From Tubiluchus corallicola (taxonomy: Eukaryota > Animalia > Priapulida), in the NCBI GenBank assembly GCA_030141605.1, contig JAQGDQ010000419.1:124001-188000 (forward strand): a stretch of DNA of 64,000 nt, written 5' to 3'. Both the position numbers and the translations under genes were made by a program. The notes under the pieces are model-generated. The model ran no database searches. It had not been told where the DNA came from and worked only from the letters and a program-made list of their open reading frames with translations. Shown here piece by piece: positions 15,101 through 29,200 of the stretch (position 1 is its first letter; every line of letters begins with the position of its first letter).

Positions 15101-18100
15101 ATTACAGTCACTCATTTAAGTAAATCATATAATGGATATGAAAGCAACAGCTTTAGCTATAGCTATTACTAACGAATGGGAGCACCTTAAATTAAAAAAA
15201 ACAGACAATTGATTAGACACAGTCTCATTTTAATTTACTGCTCAAATTATACATTTTCTTGCCTATGAAAGTTAGCAATTGTCTCTTATATATGAATAAT
15301 TAGCTTGGAAAGTTAATTAACGGCAACGATTGCTTATGTCGCAAACTAACCACAGTTTGTGCAGTGGCAGACGTCTTCCTTGCACGTCAAGCACGTTTGC
15401 GTAAACGAAGATTGCCATAAAATGCTGATGTAATGTCATGAAAATGAGCTCTACATCACACAGATGTCACAGATGAACATTGCACTTCATGATCATGCTT
15501 ATCACGTAACCGCGCTTATTTGTCGGCCAGGCGAATGTGATAAAAGGGCGCCATTGTCAGCCTTAGTGAATTCACAGAGCTACGCGTAGTTTTGAAAGTT
15601 TAACAAAATTTAACTATCCAAGATAATTATTACTTAATCAAAGCTTTGATTTCAAAAAACCTGTCGTAGTTTTCAATATTTTAGAGCATAAAGTTTACAC
15701 AATCGTCCGGTTTTCCTTTAACGTCAATGATGCAAAACTCCAGTCACGTCACAGTCACAGTCCAAGTGCCTCTGTACTCGGTTATTATTGCAAAATAAGT
15801 TACATGGTTCAATGCTAAATACACAAAAAGCTAAAACAGCAAAAAAACGTATTTTCATTTGCAAACTATCCTATTGCAGCAAAAATAATTTTGTTACAGA
15901 TGTTGCCATACATAAATCTATGTACAAAACAATGTGGGAAATCACTTGGATATCGTTTGCTTCCAAACGTGCAGTTTTCATACAACACAGGTTACCCATA
16001 TTGAAATTTCAAGGAAAACAGTTAAAAATATGTAAAGGGTGGAGAAACTTAAAGAAGAAGAAATAGCTGAAAATTAGAACAAATAAATTCACTGTACCTG
16101 TTCTGCCAAATGTTGACCTAACCGCAACGCAACGTTTCGCAACATGCACTCCGCATTCGGGTTTGGTATATGATGAAGAGCTTGTTGCAACACGACAGCG
16201 TGACTATGCGCACTCGCAGAGACTGGAGGGCTGTGCGTCTCCGGCTGGCATGCTTCCGCAACTACCTGTACTTGTGCATAACCCACTGTCGTTAAGAGTA
16301 GCTTGCATATCTTTAAGACTACGTGATAGGCAGCTCTACAAAGGCAACGAATGTTTGAATAAAACCAGGTGGCTAACTGTAAGATACCTACAGTTTTATT
16401 ACACGTTTAATCATAAGAAACATTTGTTATTAGAAATCATACACAATGAGCCTTTTCACAGTTTCATTGTGAGCAGACGGAGTTGCTGTAGGCAAAAGGT
16501 TAAGTGTACCATACACAGCTACATGCGTTAACTACAACCATTATGTGACATGTGGGTAAATCAAAGCCGTCTGCTGCATTAGTTTAATAAGGCCAGTTGT
16601 TTTACGTGGACTTACTAGCAGGATCTTGCTTGGGAACAAGAAAAAACGAACTAGCTAAGGTTCTAGTTATCTGCTAAAGCTGTTGCAAATACAACAGCTT
16701 GGGCTGCGAGGCATTATCAAGATACACAAATGCAATGTCTGGTACACTTAACCTTTGACCTTTTCATGACCATCATCATTTCCTGGAACTCTGAAAAGGC
16801 TCATTTTAGTAAAAAAGCATCTCTTTACCCATGACATCAGAATTAACTCACTTAATCAAAGTAGGCCTCACTTGTCTTTTCAACAGAGAAAATTACTTCA
16901 TTTTTGTTAGTAACTGATTAGTTAAATTTCTATCTACGGAAAATAAGAAGTGACGAATATTCAATCTTCTTAAAAGTCAAAAGCAACGACGGTCAGTAGT
17001 TACAAAGCATGAATTCATCCTACCTCTTTGTGGTCATGTCCGCATTTGGGAGAAAGTTGTTCTTGACCAGCATGCCGAGAGCACACGGGACGCCACCGCT
17101 CTTCACAAAATTGTGCTGAAATTCAAACGCTTCCTCTAACATTGGATTATTTGAGGGCATCAGTAACGTGTAAACCACCTGCAAGAAATGACGGAAATGT
17201 TGACGCCATTCTCATGTGAAATGAACCAATTTTCATGCTGCTTTACAATCAAATTAACAACCTATTTTTGTGCTGTTTGAGAACTATTCCATTAACCTTT
17301 TTTCCCAAAGTCTTTTACTCAAATAAAGTGGAAATGCAAAAAACAGACTTGGGGTTGAAAAAAAGATAGTACACTTCTGACACTTGCTATGGTCATAAGC
17401 ATAAAGAAGACAACATGCCCTTTAAATCTCAAAAACTTTTGTTTATCCAGAAGCTTTCGTCCTTTGCGGACTTCGTCAGCTGTAAGTTAGAGATACAATA
17501 ATAACTATCATAAAAATTACAGATAAAACTACATGTAAAGTGTAAGTATACAATGACATTAAAACAAGGGAGCTTCTTAACGAATTTTGTATCTCTTAAT
17601 TCATGTCACTGTACACTTACATTTTATATGTAGTTTTATCTGTCACTTTTATGATTTTTATTGTTGCATCTCTACCTTACAGCTGATGAATTTCGTGAAA
17701 GACAAAAACTTCTGGAAAAATTAAAGTTATCGAGATTTAAAGGGTATTTTGTGTTCTTTATGATTAAGACTTGGGGTTCATGACGTGTGCAAAAAATATA
17801 GTAAAAAGTCAGTAAAAGCCATTACAGTCATGTCCAGCTATAAAGGCCACCACAGTCATGTCCAGCAGTAAAAGCCACCACAGTCATGTCCAGCAGTAAA
17901 AGCCACCACAGTCATGTCCAGCAGTAAAAGCCACCACAGTCATGTCCAGCAGTAAAAGCCATCACAGTCATGTCCAGCAGTAAAAGCCACCACAGTCATG
18001 TCCAGCAGTAAAAGCCACCACAGTCATGTCCAGCAGTAAAAGCCACCACAGTCATGTCCAGCAGTAAAAGCCACGACAGACATGTCCAGCAGTAAAAGCC

Positions 18101-21100
18101 ACGACAGACATGTCCAGCAGTAAAAGCCACCACAGTCATGTCCAGCAGTAAAAGCCACCACAGTCATGTCCAGCAGTAAAAGCCACCACAGTCATAACTG
18201 ATTACAATTAAATGGAAATGAACAGGCCACATTTGACAATAGTACAAGTTTGAAAATCTCTGAGAGGCGTTACTTTTGCACCAGCAATAAATTCACTGCT
18301 ATACACATACCTCTAAGTTATACAAAATCTCGGATGCAGAATTCGTAAAAAAACGGCTGTCTAAAGATGGTGAAAGGGATTGATCTCCTAGCTTCGCATG
18401 ATCAAGACACAAAGCACGAATTTGCTCTTGTGTTTGATAATCTGCAAAAAAGTATTGATAAAAATTATTCCAGCTCAATATTACGTCAGTTTTTTCTAAC
18501 ACAGTCAACCTCGGGTATAAGCTATTCGCTTATAAGAGAGCACCAACACCAGTCCCGATTTTTCGTAAAGTTTTTCCTATAAAAATTTTCTCATATAAGG
18601 TACTCGAATATAAGGGACTTTCGGTTGTAAGGGATGATAAGGGATGATATCTTCAGGTCCCGCGTAATAGAAACTCAGGTAAATTAAGTCGATTCATTTC
18701 TCTTTGATCATTTGACCCTATGATCAAAGAGAAATGTAACGATTTTTAACCTCAATTTTTTGCAAACTCGGCCTTCAAACAGCTTTGTTTCCACGGTCAC
18801 ATATATTGCGCATCACTGAAGGAGGTTCCTACGTACTGTTTGCATTGAATGTGTAGCAATAATCCATAAAAATATGGGTAAAAGTACGGAAAACTACAGG
18901 TCTACAAACACCCTCAGCCTGACTCAACTTTGGCTATATTGGACCTCGGATATAAGGTACGGTTTTTTCCGGTCCTGGAAGTGTCCCTCATATCCGAGGT
19001 TGACTGTAATTCAAAAGTAGCTTGAAAGGAGGAAAAGGCAATGTTAAGAATGAGCTGGTACCTGCAGGCATTATTTTTAGCAATGTTCTGGACATATCAC
19101 GTAACTGTGGCATCTGAAGAGAACAACCTAAATCAGCAAGTTGAAACAGGAACCTCGCACACTGCGGTTGCATTGCCATCAACTACAAATGAAAAACACT
19201 TGATAAAAACAGTAAATACCAAAGAGTGATGAAAAGAATTACTGTAGGCGCCACTTAATAGACTCACTTTGGAATGGAAGAGTTTTGACCCAATTAACCG
19301 ACTGATTCAATTAGCCCACAGGTGTAGCTTATTACTACTGTAGAAGTATGAGTCATCACCCTTCATGCACTACAAGGCTTTAAATGAATTTTAGAAAGTA
19401 ATTAATGTAAAAATTATCATGTGCAATTATTTAAGAATACTAATTTATATAAGTGTTTTAATAGAAAGAGAAAAAATTGCACAAATCTGACACAAATTAT
19501 CATTAAAAATTACAAAAAGTTGTGCAAGCTTAGTTATTTCATTTATTCACAAAGAAGTTGGTTTATGAAATTCTCGTATCGATAAAAAATTCAAAAATCT
19601 GTTGCTCTACATACATTTACACAAAACACGTAGTCACTTAAAGCATAATCTGCAGTTGGTGATGACCCTATTTCTCCTGCAAAAAGCAGCGGAAGCTTCA
19701 AAAGCATACGCGGCTGGATCAAATGATTAGCTTCCAGAAACAACGAAAGAACAATGTAAAGTAAGTCGCAGTGGACGAGCAGGTGAAAGATTCAAAGTAT
19801 GACTCCTACCCTAGCATATTGGTGCATGATAAACAAACATGTTTACAAACAAAGTTGTACTTAATATGACTGTTTCTACATACATTACAGGGTACAAAAG
19901 CAACTAGCGTTTTGGTCGCACACAACTGTCTTATTTTAAATACGTGAAGAAAAAGTATTGAGTCAAATGCCGACAGCTTTTATATACATTTCAATAGGAG
20001 CGGCTCGAACCAGACGTATTTGAGTCAATTAAGCGACTACGTCTATCAACAGTGAATCTAATAAACAGCGCCTACTGTACTACATATTTTCAAAGCTTCT
20101 CTGTCTCGTTAATTCACTGCACAATGTTCGCGTTAAAAATTTGAAGATGCCAGACACTGCACATGTAAAGGTTAATCATTGTTTTCGTCAAAACACTTCA
20201 AACTTAAAGCTACAATTCCACACAGTTCCTCTCAAAACTCAACTACGTAATGCATATGACACCTTGAGAGCTCAAAAATATGCATACCTTGATTGGAATT
20301 GTGGAGAAATCTTAGAGCATTGTGGAGAAATCTTAGCACAAACAGCCAGTACTTAACGATCAAATCAAACTCAGTGTATTTAAGGTTAGATGTACAACAT
20401 TAAAAGTACTCACAACGCCGGGTAGACAGTTCTCAGCCTCAATCTTTGAATGTTCGCAGGCATGCTGCGGAGAACCTGTAGAACTATCAGAGCTGCTGTC
20501 AGGACTAGAAGGCATGTTAGCACCAACTTGACACAACTTAGCCGTAATCAACTGTAAAACAGAACAGCAAAAGCCGTACATATTATGATCATGATATTAG
20601 ATGACGTTCGTCAGATATTTCAAGTTTACTGTTTACAGCAAAAGCTTTTAACATGGAAGAGTTCTGCTCACCGTTTTATCTCTCAGTGGTACTTGAGATA
20701 TCAATCTTTTATCGTCGTTCGGATCCAACAATTCACCATTTACAAACAGGTCTAGCTTTACGTTGGTGTTATGAGCTTTTATCCTGCAAAAGAGCATAAT
20801 ATCGATTTGTTAAAAGAAATAACATTCAGCGGTAAATGAATGTTACAGTTGAAATAAATATTCAAATTTCCAAATGATGTTAAGACAGCAGATCACAGCT
20901 TGAAAAACTATGAATAGAAAATTTAATTACTCTCACCCTCCCCACACTTACAGAGACAAAGAAACATTAGTTTGCCTTGTTATCTGCTACACCTCTTGAA
21001 GTGTGTAAGCGTTTATTTCCTGCAGTAAAGCAACTATAACAGGCTATCACATAACTGCATTACGCAATTCATCTGACTCCACTTAAAAGCTTGTTTAACC

Positions 21101-23197
21101 CTTTCACTACATACTTGTTTTTGAACTAAGCCGCATTGCGTTTTACAAATTTGGCAATAACTTCTTGTGGTGTGCTACTAAAACAGGAGAATCTTGTAAA
21201 TAAACGAACAGACGTCTTGCATTAGTTTTGTTTGCACTCATGCACACACATGTGTGCACGTGTATGCACTGAGGCACCCACACACAATCAAACCTTCATA
21301 AATAAGCATGTACTTTTTAGAAACCAATTTTCACAGAAATCATAATACTAACCCATGTACTTTTTCAAAACCAATTTTCACAGAAATCATAATACCAACC
21401 CATATTACGCAATCTTTTTATATCAAATGAAGAACAAGCCACTAAATATATGTTTAATCAACCATCGACAACTGATTTTGTGTGAGAACATACCATATGA
21501 TGGAGTATTATAGAATGCACCTGGCTTCAGGCATTGAATGGCTGGCTAGCATTGCTTGTTGCGAAGCAACCCCAATCCCCCGGCTGTTAAACTTTTCTAC
21601 AGTGTTTTACACGGCCGTAGCAGCAAAACAACAGACCCGAGTGTCTGCGCTTAGCGCTTAGGTCTACCATGTTCTGTCCCTTACACGAAAAACATAAGTG
21701 GCACACTACCGCCTTCCGTATTGAAAGGGTTAAACTCCCAGTGAAAACTACTAAACTTTACTCAAGCTTTACACAGTAAAGTATGAATGAAAACTACTAA
21801 CAACAGAGCACGATTTTAACTTGTAGCGACACAAATTATTGCCAGCTGCATTCAAGACAAGCTAAACTAAAACATACAACTTACATATTTGTATGCAAGT
21901 ACATTGATACATTTGTACAACTCAAGCAAGATGTAGAATTTGGTTCATTTATAATCAAAAATGCAGCCAGATATTACTGGTACATTTGATTGTATTATTC
22001 AATTATTCAAATTTAAAAATGTTGATTAGAATTCCACCAACATGATGTACTAAGAGGTACATTTGATCGTATTGTTCAATTATTCAAATTTAAAAATTTT
22101 AAAAATGTTGATTAGACTTCCACCATCATGATGTACTAAATCATCGTTACATTTGGTTAATTCTAACAGTTCTCAGTGGTATTAATCAACAAATCACACA
22201 CAATAAACTCGCTGCTTTTCAATTGTGTATATGATGAATCAGTACCGTAAGAAATAGTCTTAGTTTGTTTGAGCTCAGTAGAAAATCTGTTGACGAAATC
22301 AAGAGCAGAAAGAACTCTTTTCCTGAACAAAGAACATTTTACCTATAGAAAAAACTGTCAGCATTGTGTATGTCCTGGTCGCTCATCCAATTATCCACTA
22401 ATCCAGTGCTGCTTAACTTTTTAGTCTAACCATCAGACTGTGTAAAGTCGATTTAATGTTGTTCAACAGTGAAGGTTTATCCAACCTACCTTGTCAGGAC
22501 TTGCTTGCGCACCGAGGCAAACGTGTCATTGGTGTGCGACCAGATTTCAATGTCTTCCACTTGACGACCCTGATTGGGAAAGCGAATTAGCAGTGTCACG
22601 TGTTTCCCTCTAAAAGCCCTGCAAGTACAAATAAACATTATTCAAGTAACAATGGTGGAAGTAAAAATCAAGACACAGTTCTCTGTATGCATATAAATGG
22701 CACGTTTCTTGTGAATGATTAGACGTTTGTGTTATTATCAAATTATTATGTTACAACCTGATCTGATATTGGGACTTCTCTGAAGACCAATAGAGAGATT
22801 ATTAATGGTAACTGGGCAGTATCAAACATCTGGTTTATTAGCTTACAAAATACATTAATAGCCATCAATAAGTCATAAGTCATTCATTTCACATTACACA
22901 TTTACAATAGTTTCATGTACGATATCTAGTGAAAGGGCCTACAATTAATGTAATACAAATAAGAAATATTGCACAGGAAAAGCCTCAAACACTGTTCACC
23001 TATACACGAATGTAAATGTGTTGTGGGCAATCAAAAAGCAGGGCTTGTTAGATTGTCCCACACAGTGAAAGAAAAAAAGTAATGGAAATAATCTGAAAAT
23101 TTAAAGTGAATCGTGTGATAAAAAAAGGCACCACTACATCAAAACATTGGCAGACTGTTTATCCCACTTGTTGTAAATGAAAATATCATTGTGAATG

Positions 23198-23254
<57 letters not shown>

Positions 23255-26200
23255 TCAAAGGGAACTGTTAACTTTAGTAAAACGTTTTGAACGTAGACAT
23301 AACTGACTGTGCTGCAAGCCTGTAACAGCATTCGCAAACGCAGCAAAGGTGGAAAATTAGGTGAACTTCAAAATCCCACTTTTGGGCAGAATCTCTCATG
23401 AAAATTCTACATTTTTACTTACCAGAACTTGTACAAATTCCCCCCCCCCTTCCCGCCACTGAGTAATGACTAGGTCCTATGGTGTGAAAATTCTTTCTTT
23501 CCAGAAAATTAGACCATACAAACAGCATGGTGTAATGCCACATTTAATATTTGAACAAACAGAGACATTGTGCTCACCTTCCCATTGGAACTATAGTTCT
23601 TTCCTCGGTAAAGTCGCCGTCGCATTCGTTGATGTACTCACGCAGCACGGTCAGAACGCGCACCATTCGTGTTGTCTCCTGGCGGATTCGATTCACGCTG
23701 TCCTTATCTTTTTCTAGAATGCTGATAGTGTCGTAAGCGGCCTTCAGCCGGTCCATACACGACTGGATGAAGTCGTCATGAATTGCCACCTGGTGCCAAA
23801 GAAACAATTCATAAGTCTTTTCACAATTTAGTTGCGCACATGCGCAGTTGCTATAGCTCAAAGGTTAAGTGTACCACAGCAATGCGTCTTAACTATAACC
23901 GTCACGTGACATGCAGGTGAAGCAAAGCCGTTTGCCACATCAGTTCAGTAACTTCAGTTGTTTTACGTGGACTTTACTTAATCGAGTATAGAGTGATTTA
24001 CTAGCAGGACCTTGCTTGGGGACAAGAAAAAATGAACTAGGTAAGGTGCTATAGCTACCATTTGTCTCTTTTTTTAATTATTTTTACAAGAGCATAGGCT
24101 GATAGGTAATATCAAGTCTACACAACTGCATTCTCTGGTACACTTAGCCTTTGACGTTTTCACAATCATCATCAATCGCTGGAATTGCGAAAAGGCTTAC
24201 TGTTATTTATTATTATTATTAATATTTTATTACAATTATTAAATTTTAAATAATAGTTCATTCCTCCCATCTCAGCCAATATGCATAGCAAAATCAGAAG
24301 TTATAAACAAAAAGACAGCATAGTAATAATGAAGCATGAAGGGATACCTAATTTTACACAACGGCATTCAAAAATTACATTACAGTAATAAAGTTTACAT
24401 TTATATGCGAACCACAACCTAGAGATTGGAACTAGCCAAAAAAATACATACCTGATTAGCTTGAAGTCTAGGACCTAAATTTGTGTACGTTTCTTTTAGC
24501 AGACTAATAGCACGCTGAGCTATTTCCTCTCCTGCACACAGAACCACTCGCCACAAGTAATCAAGTCCTGCAAAAAGTTCATAGAACTCTTAAAATGTGT
24601 GCCGGAAAAAATGAAGAAAATTTAGAACATGCCGAAACTTATGCATTCACTTACCAAGTGAACGGGGCAATTTTAATCACAGTCACTGGTATTTATTACA
24701 AAAGAGTAATGATTTATCTACTAATGACGAATAATTTGTAGTCGATATTAGAAATAATTTACCAATTAGTTCCACATCTTCCATGAGATAAGATCGACGT
24801 TTAGCCACAAGTTTCCCTTCTTTACTGTTGACAGCCTTGAAAAATCTATCAAAGCATCTGAAAGAAACAGCAATCCGAAAATCCTTATTAACATTTCTAA
24901 CATGCTAAAAAAATCACATTAGAAATTTAGTAGGTTACACATTTTAGAATTATTTGTGTCTAAAATCTAGCAAAAGTTTTACTATGCTAAGGTGGTTACA
25001 AGACAAGTTTCAGCAAAAACATGCAGAGTTTACATCAAAATGCCAAAAAAGTTTTGCTTTTTGCTGAAAGTTTACCAAACGGTAACGATACCATAAAGCA
25101 ACTACTACAAGAATTGAACTAACCAGTGGTGGCACATTAGTGGGGGTGTTGCTTCAGATAATTTTTAGCCATTGTTTTAATGCTGTATAAAATGAAACAA
25201 ACATACGCAATTTTAATGTTGTAATATGCAATTCTAAACAAACAAACAAACAAACATATGAAAATTTATATATCCTGATAAATCCTAAAAAAATATTTTT
25301 TGCTTACGAATCACCTAAAATGATGCAGTTCAAGAATATGCAGTTACATGGTTTTAAGCACGTGACAACTGACAACACAGTTACATGGTTTTAAGCACGT
25401 GACAACTGACAACACACACTTCGTGAGCGACAGTACTCCTCTCTGCCTTTAAGCACGTGACAACTGACAACACACACTTCGTGAGCGACAGTACTCCTCT
25501 CTACCTTTAAGCATGTGACAACTGACAACACACACTTCGTGAGCGACAGTACTCCTCTCTACCTTTAAGCATGTGACAACTGACAACACACACTTCATGA
25601 GCGACAGTACTCCTCTCTATCTTTAAGCATGTGACAACTGACAACACACACTTCATGAGCGACAGTACTCCTCTCTACCTTTAAGCATGTGACAACTGAC
25701 AACACACACTTCATGAGCGACAGTACTCCTCTCTATCTTTAAGCATGTGACAACTGACAACACACACTTCATGAGCGACAGTACTCCTCTCTACCTTTAA
25801 GCATGTGACAACTGACAACACACACTTCATGAGCGACAGTACTCCTCTCTACCTTTAAGCATGTGACAACTGACAACACACACTTCGTGAGCGACAGTAC
25901 TCCTCTCTACCTTTAAGCATGTGACAACTGACAACACACACTTCATGAGCGACAGTACTCCTCTCTACCTTTAAGCATGTGACAACTGACAACACACACT
26001 TCATGAGCGACAGTACTCCTCTCTACCTTTAAGCATGTGACAACTGACAACACACACTTCGTGAGCGACAGTACTCCTCTCTACCTTTAAGCATGTGACA
26101 ACTGACAACACACACTTCGTGAGCGACAGTACTCCTCTCTACCTTTAAGCATGTGACAACTGACAACACACACTTCGTGAGCTACAGTACTCCTCTCTAC

Positions 26201-29200
26201 CTTTAAGCATGTGACAACTGACAACACACACTTCGTGAGCGACAGTACTCCTCTCTACCTTTAAGCATGTGACAACTGACAACACACACTTCGTGAGCGA
26301 CAGTACTCCTCTCTACCTTTAAGCATGTGACAACTGACAACACACACTTCAAACTGACAACACACACTTCGTGAGCGACAGTACTCCTCTCTACCTTTAA
26401 GCATGTGACAACTGACAACACACACTTCGTGAGCGACAGTACTCCTCTCTACCTTTAAGCATGTGACAACTGACAACACACACTTCATGAGCGACAGTAC
26501 TCCTCTCTATCTTTAAGCATGTGACAACTGACAACACACACTTCGTGAGCGACAGTACTCCTCTCTACCTTTAAGCATGTGACAACTGACAACACACACT
26601 TCGTGAGCGACAGTACTCCTCTCTACCTTTAAGCATGTGACAACTGACAACACACACTTCGTGAGCGACAGTACTCCTCTCTACCTTTAAGCATGTGACA
26701 ACTGACAACACACACTTCGTGAGCGACAGTACTCCTCTCTACCTTTAAGCATGTGACAACTGACAACACACACTTCGTGAGCGACAGTACTCCTCTCTAC
26801 CTTTAAGCATGTGACAACTGACAACACACACTTCGTGAGCGACAGTACTCCTCTCTACCTTTAAGCATGTGACAACTGACAACACACACTTCGTGAGCGA
26901 CAGTACTCCTCTCTACCTTTAAGCATGTGACAACTGACAACACACACTTCGTGAGCGACAGTACTCCTCTCTACCTTTAAGCATGTGACAACTGACAACA
27001 CACACTTCGTGAGCGACAGTACTCCTCTCTACCTTTAAGCATGTGACAACTGACAACACACACTTCGTGAGCGACAGTACTCCTCTCTACCTTTAAGCAT
27101 GTGACAACTGACAACACACACTTCATGAGCGACAGTACTCCTCTCTACCTTTAAGCATGTGACAACTGACAACACACACTTCAAACTGACAACACACACT
27201 TCGTGAGCGACAGTACTCCTCTCTACCTTTAAGCATGTGACAACTGACAACACACACTTCGTGAGCGACAGTACTCCTCTCTACCTTTAAGCATGTGACA
27301 ACTGACAACACACACTTCAAACTGACAACACACACTTTGTGAGCGACAGTACTCCTCTCTACCTAATGTGCAGCGTCTTATCTCAGATGTGTGTGCTTCG
27401 CCTCTGGTGCACAACAGCCAAACATCATTTTGCTGGAGTTGTGAGTGCACAGGTCCGTCACATGCTCTGCTTCCATACAAGCACGAAGAAAAAATTAAAG
27501 AAAAAAGACTCATTATACTGAATATCATCGATAATATCGAGTGAAAATAGGGAGTGCCGCCATTTCACAGTGCCTATACAAGAGCCGCCACTGATTACAA
27601 TACAAGGATACAGGTGTTAGATATATCTCAAATATTCTTACTTCATTCCAGACTCTGTCATTAGACTCGGATCTAACTGCATGATATTATTCTCAAAGAA
27701 GTCTCTATTGATTTCTGGATCTAAATCGGGTTCATCTCCCATTAACTGAAACAAAAAAATAATAAGAAATTTTACACTGTAAGATATATGCTTTGAAAAT
27801 CAAATAAAGCAAATGACATTGTAATGAAAACAAATAAATTATTGTCCTCGCTTAACGATGCTAATGCGTTCCAGTAAAATGCTACACTGAGAGAAACGTC
27901 GTTAAACGAATCCAAGACTTCCCTAGAAAGTAATGTAAAAGAAATGAGATACGTTTCAGAGGCAAAAATCACTGCTGTTTAAATAATATAAATTAAAGAT
28001 TTTTGTGAGTTTTACTCTTTGTGAGTTTTTCTCATGTTTCTACTGATTAATTTCTTTTTACTTGCTTGAAACCACCTATATATCTTGCTTACCTAGCTAA
28101 TGGTATCTCTATCGTTAACATTTAAGTCTAGGCAGTTGTTAAACAATAAACACTGCAGTACAGTCAAAGTCAAGCACTGTGATGACCTTGGGAATTTTAT
28201 CTAGTCTGGTTGCTATAGCAACAGGTTGCTGACAAAATTCCTTGCATAAAGTTGCTTCCAGGTCTCACTTGATACAAACGGCTAGCGTTTAGTGGACAGT
28301 CAGGAAGCAAAAGCGCATACTTGTATAATAACTATGTTGTTTGCATTACTAGTGCATTTTTACAACAGAATAATACAATATGTGCTGTTTTAATGCATCA
28401 AACTAGATGAAAAAGTTGCTGGTAAAATAAAAATTGGCTTCCAGCAAAGTAAAAAAATCGTCGTAAAAAAGAAAAAAGGAACGTTGCGTAGCTAAGTGAA
28501 AAAAGGTGTCAAAGGTTCAGAGTCATTAAAACAAAATGTTGCTTTTAACGGGGAGTCGTTAAGCGAAGACTTACTGTATATACAAGTGACAGCGGTTCTC
28601 AACCTTTCAATTCCCCCCAACTTGTATATCACAGGGGTTCTCAAGCAAGAATCACATCGAATGTGGTGACCACAGATTGTATTATTATTCATGAATAAAA
28701 AAAGTGTTGAAATTAAAAAAAATTGAATTAAAAAATGCATTTTTCATTTTGTTTGTGGGCTAGGGGGGAAAGAGAATCAGCAGCCTTCAAAAAGGGGGAA
28801 CGGGTCAAAAAAGGTTGGGAACCACTGGTATATCAAGACGTAATTCTGATTGTACAAGAATACATACCACGTGATAACTAACTACAATAATGTAAGTCTT
28901 TTTTTTTCTTCAAATTGCCCCAGATAAAGCCAATGCTGCCCTAATGCGTGGAGAGATCAGCTCGAAAAAGATTAATATACTGTTAAGTATTTATCCTACC
29001 TTGGAAAACCATTTAAAACATGACTCTCTATCACTACCAAACACGGCATTCTCGGCCAAGCATTGCCAAATCTGCTTCGCCTGAGGTGCACAGAGCCATA
29101 GTTGACCATCTTTTAATAAAAACCTAAAACAAATAACATAAACATATTCTATACAACGTAGGAAGTGTTTGCCTATGTATGCCCACTTTACAAGAAGTTA

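Noticed and set aside
25345-27365. CRISPR-like array, or repeat-protein ORFs (26203-27528)
   Set aside because: Units are head-to-tail with no unique spacers, in a eukaryotic intron; the ORFs are translation artefacts of the 58-bp satellite
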